Shown: positions 7,588 through 14,783 of the stretch, piece after piece
Layout: each line of letters starts with the position of its first letter
Numbering within the stretch: the stretch's first letter is position 1
DNA from: Methanothermobacter marburgensis str. Marburg
Lineage (GTDB): Archaea; Methanobacteriota; Methanobacteria; Methanobacteriales; Methanothermobacteraceae
Assembly (NCBI RefSeq): GCF_000145295.1
Contig: NC_014408.1
Coordinates: 1,350,001-1,382,000 of the forward strand
DNA: 32,000 nucleotides
Reading direction: 5' to 3'
Translations under genes and position numbers: made by a program
The notes under the pieces: model-generated
Told to the model about the DNA's origin: nothing
Database searches by the model: none
What the model saw: only the letters and a program-made list of their open reading frames with translations

Positions 7588-8619
7588 ATGCGCTCCAGGA
7601 GAGATTACCATGGTTCAAGGCTCTACACTGGCTCATCACTGAATCTATCACCCTACAGGATCTACATTAAAAGCTGGCATGACCATGAAACCATACTCAA
7701 CAGGATGATATCCCAGACAGCATATTACCTTATGTGCGCAGCTGAACTTGTGGGTGGAATGGTTGATGGTGAAAGGTCTGAATTATGCCAGACTCTCTTC
7801 AGATCAGCGGCTGGAATCATGGACAGGTACCATCTCTGGGCCTTTTTCACCATCGATATTCTTGAGGAATCAAAGATCCTTGAACGACTAATATCAGAGG
7901 GAAACAGGCTTTACAATGAAATTTACAGCATCTTCCGGATGATAAGGGACACTGTTATTTACCTCAACCTCATCCACCCTCTGCAGGGGGATGGAGTGGA
8001 GATGCCCCTTCAGGAATTTTACAGTATATATGAACTCTGGGCGATCTCAAGAATATGGGATAAATTCCGCCAGATGGGATTTCATATTAAATCTGTTGAA
8101 AAGGCGCTTTCACATCTTCCATCATCGAAAATATCCATCAGGATGGAAAGGGGCAATGAAAGTGCCACGATAATATGGGAAGTGAAGCTAAATGCAATTG
8201 AACACTCAACCTACTATGGTGACCTCCTGCAGGCTCTCGGAGGAGGTGGAAGTGTTATAAAACCCGATATAACCGTTCTCTATGAATCTGAAGGTCATAA
8301 GAGGGCTCTGGTGGGGGATGTTAAGTTTTCAGTTACAGATACCGGACTTCCCCGACTTGAATCCATCTATAAAGTTCTCAGTTATGTGGAGGATCTCAGA
8401 AAATCCCCCCTGTTCAGAGGATGGGATCTTGAGGGGCTCCTGGTATACCCTGGAATGGTGAGCCCAGTTAGCGTTCCCTCCTCACTCGTTGCATACCAAT
8501 TTATACTATCGATTATACTAATGGTGAGCCCAGTTAGCGTTCCCTCCTCACAGAGTGGCAGCCATATCCATGTTTTTCCGCTTAACACATCAAACAGGGA
8601 ATTTGGGGTATTTGGTTAA
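7588..8619 (+). CDS. PD-(D/E)xK nuclease-fold protein (McrC/DUF2357-like guess), probably 5'-truncated and carrying an in-frame 66-bp insertion
   Basis: 343-aa ORF. The nuclease-like core is VIKPDITVLYES...ALVGDVKFS (D...D-x-K). The same frame stays open without any ATG/GTG/TTG back to a TGA at 7435-7437, reading ...LLERSVSRFKIVLEELFQTGPIHRE before M1. MVSPVSVPSS is duplicated 22 codons apart. Confidence 0.55.
   Translation: MRSRRDYHGSRLYTGSSLNLSPYRIYIKSWHDHETILNRMISQTAYYLMCAAELVGGMVDGERSELCQTLFRSAAGIMDRYHLWAFFTIDILEESKILERLISEGNRLYNEIYSIFRMIRDTVIYLNLIHPLQGDGVEMPLQEFYSIYELWAISRIWDKFRQMGFHIKSVEKALSHLPSSKISIRMERGNESATIIWEVKLNAIEHSTYYGDLLQALGGGGSVIKPDITVLYESEGHKRALVGDVKFSVTDTGLPRLESIYKVLSYVEDLRKSPLFRGWDLEGLLVYPGMVSPVSVPSSLVAYQFILSIILMVSPVSVPSSQSGSHIHVFPLNTSNREFGVFG
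8454..8551. repeat. Perfect 32-bp direct repeat flanking a 34-bp AT-rich insert (period 66 bp) inside a CDS
   Basis: aatggtgagcccagttagcgttccctcctcac occurs at 8454-8485 and 8520-8551. The insert 8486-8519 is tcgttgcataccaatttatactatcgattatact. The structure can equally be read as a 30-bp duplication plus a 36-bp insert. Confidence 0.95.
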
Positions 8620-9384
8620 TTACATTAAACTCTGCTCCTTCCTGTTGAAGAGGAAGGCCGCTGCAAGGACGGCTATAACTGCAAAAACCGATATCACTGC
8701 AATGTTAACCTCAAGTGGAAGCACCGAATTTCTCAGTATTGTGAACCTGAGGGCGTCTACTGCATAGGTCAGTGGGTTTATATAGACCGCGCCCTGAAGC
8801 CAGGCAGGGAGTCCGGTTATTGGGAAGAGAGCCCCACTCAGGAGGAATATTGGGAGCACTATGAAGCTCATTATGAGGTTGAACCCCTCCATGCTGTCTG
8901 TGAAGGCCGCTATCATGAGGCCCAGGCCGCCGAGACCCATGGATATTATGAGGGCTATCACCATGCTAACAGCGAAGCAGATGGGGGACATTGTAACTCC
9001 CACTATGAATGATAGGACAAGGAGGATGACCGCCTGTATCATCGAGGCAGTGCTTATCCCCAGCGCCTTCCCGATCACTATTGAGGGCCTTGATATGGGT
9101 GCAACCAGTATCTCCTTCAGGAACCCATACTGGCGGTCTATTATCACAGAGACCCCTGAGAATATGCTGGTGAAGAGTATTGTCTGACCTATTATACCCG
9201 GATAGATGAAGGCCCTGTAGCCCCCGGCCACTGCGCCGAACCTCACAGCAGCCCCCAGACCTGTGCCGAATATTATGAGCCAGAGGAGGGGGGTTACCAC
9301 AGATGTGACTATCCTTGAACGGTAACGAAAGAAACGCTTCATCTCACGCAGCCATATTGTATATATGCCCTCAAGTTCCGCCAT
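8620..9384 (-). CDS. ABC-2 type exporter permease
   Basis: Polytopic membrane protein (ORF 8620..9399). I prefer the ATG at 9384 (MAELEGIYTIWLREMKRFFR), which is preceded by AGGTGAGG. It lies 23 nt downstream of the ATPase gene. Confidence 0.85.
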   Translation of the reverse strand: MAELEGIYTIWLREMKRFFRYRSRIVTSVVTPLLWLIIFGTGLGAAVRFGAVAGGYRAFIYPGIIGQTILFTSIFSGVSVIIDRQYGFLKEILVAPISRPSIVIGKALGISTASMIQAVILLVLSFIVGVTMSPICFAVSMVIALIISMGLGGLGLMIAAFTDSMEGFNLIMSFIVLPIFLLSGALFPITGLPAWLQGAVYINPLTYAVDALRFTILRNSVLPLEVNIAVISVFAVIAVLAAAFLFNRKEQSLM

Positions 9385-9422
9385 GATATCAAACCTCACC
9401 TACTACCCCCAATTTCACCATA

Positions 9423-10361
9423 TCATGCCTCAGTTATACCCCTACCTGTGTACCTTATGAACACGTCCTCAAGGGTGGGGTGTTCCAGTTCTACTGACCT
9501 CACGTAGAATCCAGTCCTCGCTGCAAGGTTAACGATCTCGGGTACCAGGTTTTCGCCCCTCTCAACCAGCACCTTGACCTCGTCATCCACCAGGTAGGCC
9601 TTCTTAACGTAGTCCTGTTTCACCAGGAGTTCATGGAATTCATCTGCCCTGTCAACCCTGACCGTTATGGTGTCCGCCCCAAGCTCCCTCTTGAGGTTTG
9701 AGGGGCTGTCAGCCTTTATTATCTCCCCACGGCTCATTATGGCCACCTCATCGCAGAGTTTATCTGCCTCCTCCATGTAGTGGGTGGTGAGGAGCACGGT
9801 AACGTCCTCCTCCCTGTTGAGCCTCTCTATGTACCTCCAGATGCTCTCCCTTGTCTGGGGGTCGAGTCCAAGGGTTGGCTCGTCAAGGAAGAGCACCCGG
9901 GGGTGGTGTATCAGGCCGCGGCCTATCTCGAGACGCCGCTTCATACCCCCAGAGTATGTCTTCACATACTCATCGGCCTTATCACCCAGGGCGATGAGTT
10001 CAAGGACCTCATCTATCCTCCTCTTCCTTATGTCCCTGGGGACCCCGTAGAGGGCGGCGTGCATTTCAAGGTGCTCCCTTCCTGTGAGTATGTCGTCGAG
10101 GGCCCTTGACTGGAAGACTATGCCTATGGACTCCCTCACCTTCCTGGCCTCCCTTACAATGTCGTAGCCGTTTACCATACCCCTCCCGGATGTGGGGTGT
10201 AGTATGGTGCAGAGCATGGATATCAGTGTGGTTTTACCTGCACCGTTAGGCCCAAGGACACCGTAAATGGAGTTTTCAGGGACCTCAAGATCCACGGAGT
10301 TAACCGCCAGGAAATCATCATATCTCTTGCTTATACCCTCTGTTTCAATTATGTTACCCAT
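9423..10361 (-). CDS. ABC transporter ATP-binding protein (DrrA/ABC-2 family)
   Basis: 312 aa with Walker A GPNGAGKTT, signature YSGGMKRRLE and Walker B VLFLDEPTLGLD. Confidence 0.93.
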   Translation of the reverse strand: MGNIIETEGISKRYDDFLAVNSVDLEVPENSIYGVLGPNGAGKTTLISMLCTILHPTSGRGMVNGYDIVREARKVRESIGIVFQSRALDDILTGREHLEMHAALYGVPRDIRKRRIDEVLELIALGDKADEYVKTYSGGMKRRLEIGRGLIHHPRVLFLDEPTLGLDPQTRESIWRYIERLNREEDVTVLLTTHYMEEADKLCDEVAIMSRGEIIKADSPSNLKRELGADTITVRVDRADEFHELLVKQDYVKKAYLVDDEVKVLVERGENLVPEIVNLAARTGFYVRSVELEHPTLEDVFIRYTGRGITEA

Positions 10362-10500
10362 AGGAACCCCTTCAGCTGATGCTCACATCCGGTCGTCACA
10401 AGTATTTTATGCCTCCAGTGATTAATATAGTATTAAGTGAAAATCCATTAGGGGGATCACATCAGGGTTTCCCACTATTCTTCCTGTGTGGGGTGGTTGA

Positions 10501-11910
10501 TTGAGGTTCAGGTCCATTGAAAAGTCACCTACCGGTATAAAGGGTCTTGATATGGTAACAGGGGGTGGTTTTCCCCAGGGGAGGAACACACTCATCTATG
10601 GTGGCCCAGGTACCGGAAAGACATTCATTGCAGTTGAGTTTCTCCTGAATGGGGCATCCTACTACGGGGAGCACGGTGTCCTTGTGAGCTTTGATGAACC
10701 GGCAGATAACATTGTTGAGAACTTCCAGACAGATGACAGGATCCTTGAAAAACTGATTAAAGATGGTAAAATATTTATTGAAGACGTTTCAGGGGCACCT
10801 GACCCCAGTATAGGATCCTACAGTCTGGATGCCCTTAAGATAAGGATCGAGGATGCTGTTAAAACCACCGGGGCCAGCAGGGTTGTCCTTGATAAGGTGG
10901 ACAGCCTCTTTGATGGTGTATCAGACAGGGGGCCCCTCCACATGGAACTGCGCCACCTCATATCCTGGCTGAATGGGATGGGGGTTACAAGCGTATTCAC
11001 CGCCGGCGACTCGGGGGGTAAACCAACACATGGACTTGAGGACTACATCTCCGACTGTGTCATACACCTCACCCACACCTTCGATGGGGAGGTTGGAACA
11101 AGACACATGCGAATAGTCAAGTACCGCGGCTCCAGCCACGGCCTCAACAGGTACCCCTTCCTCATCAATGAGAGAGGAATCTCAATCTTCCCGATAACCT
11201 CCCTCAAACTGGATTACAGTGTCAGCCGGGAACTCGTCTCCACAGGGATACCTGACCTGGATGATATGCTGGGTGGGGGTGTATACAGGGGTTCCAGTGT
11301 CCTCATATCAGGTACGACAGGGGCCGGTAAGACCACCGTTCTTTCAAAATTTGCCTATGAGGCCTGCCGCCGCGGTGAACGCTGCCTCTACTTTGCCAAT
11401 GAGGAGCCCGCAGATCAGATAATCCGGAACATGGAATCGGTGGGGATCCAGCTCAAAGATCATACTGATGATAAACTCATGATACACTCCGATAGGCCCA
11501 CATCACTGGGACTTGAATCCCACCTGACCGAGATGCAGGACCTTGTAATGGACTTCAAACCTGATACTGTACTTGTGGACCCTGTTACTGGCCTTGCAGC
11601 TGCAGGTGGACCCTCAAATAGGGTCAGCAATGCAAAGAACCTCTTCATAAGGTTCACCGATTTTCTGAAGTCACGGGGTGTGACCTCCCTCTTCACATAC
11701 CTTATAAGGTCACCGGTCACCGCAACCCAGACTGAACTTGAGATCTCATCACTGATTGATACTTGGATTGTCCTGGAGCATGTGAGGACCAACGGTGATT
11801 ACAAGAGGCTCCTCCGCATACTAAAGAGCAGGGGAATGGACCACTCAAGCAGCGTCGCAGAGCTGAAATTCACTGAAAGGGGGATTCTCATCAAGGGGGG
11901 ATCCTGGTGA
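10501..11910 (+). CDS. kaiC: KaiC-like double RecA-domain ATPase
   Basis: 469 aa with a TTG start. There are two P-loops, GGPGTGKT (N-terminal domain) and GTTGAGKT (C-terminal domain), each preceded by GIPGLD/GIKGLD-type motifs. Confidence 0.88.
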   Translation: MRFRSIEKSPTGIKGLDMVTGGGFPQGRNTLIYGGPGTGKTFIAVEFLLNGASYYGEHGVLVSFDEPADNIVENFQTDDRILEKLIKDGKIFIEDVSGAPDPSIGSYSLDALKIRIEDAVKTTGASRVVLDKVDSLFDGVSDRGPLHMELRHLISWLNGMGVTSVFTAGDSGGKPTHGLEDYISDCVIHLTHTFDGEVGTRHMRIVKYRGSSHGLNRYPFLINERGISIFPITSLKLDYSVSRELVSTGIPDLDDMLGGGVYRGSSVLISGTTGAGKTTVLSKFAYEACRRGERCLYFANEEPADQIIRNMESVGIQLKDHTDDKLMIHSDRPTSLGLESHLTEMQDLVMDFKPDTVLVDPVTGLAAAGGPSNRVSNAKNLFIRFTDFLKSRGVTSLFTYLIRSPVTATQTELEISSLIDTWIVLEHVRTNGDYKRLLRILKSRGMDHSSSVAELKFTERGILIKGGSW

Positions 11911-11926
11911 GAGTGGGGGATGAGTC

Positions 11927-12172
11927 ATGATCCATCTTCGCATATACATCGCCGGTGATAACCTTTCAGCTGCGGCCCTTGAAAACCTCAGGAATGTTAT
12001 GGGTGATGATGCGAAGCTAGAGGTTGTTGATGTCCGTGGAGACCCCGAGATTGCAAGGGAGAATGGAGTCATTGCCATTCCGACCCTGGAGAGGATAAGC
12101 CCGGGCCCCAGGCGGAGGGTTATAGGGGACCTCAATGACCCTGATGCCCTGCGCAGATTCATAGGTATCTGA
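11927..12172 (+). CDS. kaiB: KaiB-like thioredoxin-fold protein
   Basis: 81 aa. LRIYIAGDNLSAAALENLRNV...VVDVRGDPEIARENGVIAIPTL matches the KaiB pattern. It starts 16 nt after kaiC. Confidence 0.85.
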   Translation: MIHLRIYIAGDNLSAAALENLRNVMGDDAKLEVVDVRGDPEIARENGVIAIPTLERISPGPRRRVIGDLNDPDALRRFIGI

Positions 12173-12182
12173 GGTGCATGGT

Positions 12183-14171
12183 ATGGAGAATGCAATCAGG
12201 AGGATCAATGACCTCATTGATGAGAGGAGAGAGGAGGATACCCTATCACTCATCAGGGGTATGGAAGCAGGGGACCATATCTGCATCATATACGATGATG
12301 AGGCTGAGTGGAGGAGGATCATTGTTCCCTTCATCATCGAGGGCCTCAGGAGGGATGAGAGGTGCATATACATAGCCAGCCAGAGGACATGCGAAACCAT
12401 CAGGGAGGAGCTCGGCAGGAAGATCCCTGTTTCCATGTTTGAAGCCGGAGGGAGCCTCAGGATAATGAATGAAACTGAGGCTTACACAGAGGGGGGTTTC
12501 TTTGACCCTGAAAGGATGCTTGACCTCCTTGAATCCGAAACAGAAAATGCGGTTGCCGAGGGCTTCACTGGCCTCAGGGTTACCGGTGAAATGAGCTGGG
12601 TCCTCAGGGGCCTCCCCGGGAGCGAAAGGCTGATAGAGTATGAGGCCAGACTCAACAATTTCTTCCCGGGATCTGACTGCCTTGCCATCTGCCAGTACCA
12701 CAGGCAACTCTTCAGCCCCGATGTGATCAGGGGAGTCCTGCTCACCCACCCCATAGTTGTCTGGAACTCAGGTGTGTACAGAAACCCATACTATATAAGC
12801 CCGGAGCTTATCCTCAGCGGTGAAGAATGTGAGAGGGAGGTGGATAACTGGCTCGAGAATATAAAAAGGGAGAATGAACTTTTAAGGTCCCTTGAAAACA
12901 TCAAAAAGCTCTATGATGAGTTCATAAACCACAGTCCATGGATAGTGTTCCTCAAGGATTTCAGGTCAAGGTACGTGATTGCAAACAGCAGGTTTTCAGA
13001 GCTTGTGGGAACAGAGGATATCACCGGAAAGACCGACTTTGATCTGATGGACAGAGAGGCCGCTGAGGCCTGCCTTGAGTCCGACAGGATTGCCCTGAGG
13101 GACGGTGAATCCTACACTGAGGAGGAAGTTAAGGGCAGGGTCTACGGGGTATACAAATTTGGTTTTAAGCTGCCCGATGGTAGAAGGGGTGTCGGTGGCT
13201 TTGCAGTTGATATAACACAGAGAAAGGTGTATGAGCGGGACATTGAAACCTCGAGGAACAACTTCTTGGGTATCGTTGAGAACAGCCCGGAGCCCATGGT
13301 GATAGTGGATCTGGATGGCAAACTCCTCTACTCAAACCCTGCTGGCAGAAAGTTCTTTGGCTGGCCCCCCGATTACAGGGGTGGGCACATCGGAGTACCC
13401 CTCAGGAGGGAGATACCGGAGATCAGGGTCCTTTCTGCTGACGGCCAGGTGCGGGTGGCTGAGATGATGGTGACAGACACTGTCTGGGAGGGCAGAAAAT
13501 CCCTCCTTATCAGACTCCATGATATAACCAGGCTCCGTGAATATGAGATTTCCCTGAAGAGGTCCCTCAGGGAGAAGGAGGTGATGCTCAGGGAGATACA
13601 TCACAGGGTCAAAAACAACCTCCAGATAATATCCAGCCTCCTTAACCTCCAGAGATGCTCTATCCAGGATGAGAGGGCTGCCGACGTATTCACCGATAGT
13701 GTTAACCGTGTCAAGTCCATGGCCATGATACATGAGAAACTGTACCAGTCAGAGAGCCTTGCTGACCTACCATTCTCAGAGTACATAATTGACCTCGTAT
13801 CTGAGATAAGGTCAAATTATCCTGAAAAAAGGATATCGGTTAATTACGATATGGAGGACATTCACCTGGATATAAACAGGGCCATACCGGCAGGTTTAAT
13901 AGTCAACGAGGCCGTCACCAACTCCATGAAGCATGCGTTCAAATCAGGTGAAGGTGAACTCATCATACGCCTATTTTCGAGGGAGGGCATGGTCCATGTG
14001 GAGGTTGAGGATGACGGACCCGGTCTTCCAGCGGACTTTGATACAGATACCAGCGGCGGCCTTGGCATGGATCTTATGAGGAACCTTGCATCGCAGCTCG
14101 ATGGTGAACTCAGAATCAGGGGGGATGATGGCGTGCGGGTGAGCCTTGTTTTCCCGGCACAGAAAAACTGA
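12183..14171 (+). CDS. Sensor histidine kinase: MEDS domain + PAS domains + HisKA_2/HATPase_c
   Basis: The ORF runs 12174..14171. I prefer the ATG at 12183, 5 nt after GAGGTG. The N-terminus has the MEDS-like GDHICIIYDDEAEWRRIIVPFIIEGL. There are PAS-like segments in the middle. The H-box is EIHHRVKNNLQIISSLLNLQ, and ATP-lid motifs are NEAVTNSMKHAF and DDGPGLP...GGLGM. Confidence 0.9.
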   Translation: MENAIRRINDLIDERREEDTLSLIRGMEAGDHICIIYDDEAEWRRIIVPFIIEGLRRDERCIYIASQRTCETIREELGRKIPVSMFEAGGSLRIMNETEAYTEGGFFDPERMLDLLESETENAVAEGFTGLRVTGEMSWVLRGLPGSERLIEYEARLNNFFPGSDCLAICQYHRQLFSPDVIRGVLLTHPIVVWNSGVYRNPYYISPELILSGEECEREVDNWLENIKRENELLRSLENIKKLYDEFINHSPWIVFLKDFRSRYVIANSRFSELVGTEDITGKTDFDLMDREAAEACLESDRIALRDGESYTEEEVKGRVYGVYKFGFKLPDGRRGVGGFAVDITQRKVYERDIETSRNNFLGIVENSPEPMVIVDLDGKLLYSNPAGRKFFGWPPDYRGGHIGVPLRREIPEIRVLSADGQVRVAEMMVTDTVWEGRKSLLIRLHDITRLREYEISLKRSLREKEVMLREIHHRVKNNLQIISSLLNLQRCSIQDERAADVFTDSVNRVKSMAMIHEKLYQSESLADLPFSEYIIDLVSEIRSNYPEKRISVNYDMEDIHLDINRAIPAGLIVNEAVTNSMKHAFKSGEGELIIRLFSREGMVHVEVEDDGPGLPADFDTDTSGGLGMDLMRNLASQLDGELRIRGDDGVRVSLVFPAQKN

Positions 14172-14244
14172 ATGTTAAACTATTGCATTGTCCAAAAACC
14201 CAATTAAGTGACGATTTTCCCGGCACAGAAAAACTGAATGTTAA
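14149..14244. repeat. Perfect 30-bp direct repeat flanking a 36-bp AT-rich insert (period 66 bp), duplicating the histidine kinase stop region
   Basis: ttttcccggcacagaaaaactgaatgttaa occurs at 14149-14178 and 14215-14244. The flanking bases differ on both sides. The insert 14179-14214 is actattgcattgtccaaaaacccaattaagtgacga. Copy 1 contains the last 7 codons plus the TGA at 14169-14171. Confidence 0.97.
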
Positions 14245-14783
14245 GGAGAGGTAATGTCCTGAAGATCGACGTTGATGTTCACACCAGGACCATCATCTCC
14301 TGTGAATGTGACCTCATCCCATGACCATGAGGACGTTGACGTGTACACCAAAAAAACCATTAAATCGGACCTCCCGGTGATCCTCCAGCGGCTGTCAGTG
14401 TTGTGGCCGGGATCCCTGATGTCCCTCAATACTGTTTCTTGCCGGCGGACTTCTTCTGGCGAGTGGTTTCATGCCGACCAATTAAAGAGGGGCGGCATAT
14501 GGTTGTAAGTAAGTCTGTTTTCATCTATCTTTTACCTTCTCCATTAAGAACCTTCAGTGCTGCTTAGCCGGTACCACGTCTCTTATGGTTGTCACCATGC
14601 CCTATCATGTGCGTACCTTTCATGGAGGGTTGATCCGTGGACCAGGAACCCCTGACGTCCTGGAATGAAGAGCTGGTCCCGGAAAAATCCCCTTGAAACT
14701 CCACAGGGCACTTCACCGAACTATTCCCTGCTCTGGAAAATGATAAATAAGCCGGTTTACATATTAATTAGCCGGTGAGGTGC

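Noticed and set aside
8382-8767. ORFs 8382..8588 (-) and 8555..8767 (+)
   Set aside because: Both are antisense or overlapping frames of the nuclease-like CDS and the ABC permease. The repeated EEGTLTGLTI peptide comes from the same 32-bp DNA duplication.
8861-13786. Numerous 60-170-aa ORFs antisense to the ABC genes, kaiC, kaiB and the histidine kinase (e.g. 8861..9187, 9780..10109, 10818..11139, 11460..12436, 12246..12754, 13332..13786)
   Set aside because: All lie opposite confidently identified genes, have Arg/Ser/Pro/Gly-rich shadow-ORF composition, and carry no recognisable motifs.
14241-14508. Mutually antisense ORFs 14241..14429 (-) and 14272..14508 (+)
   Set aside because: Neither has a family signature or convincing start context, and at most one can be real. 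They are reported only as part of the unexplained 530-bp region.
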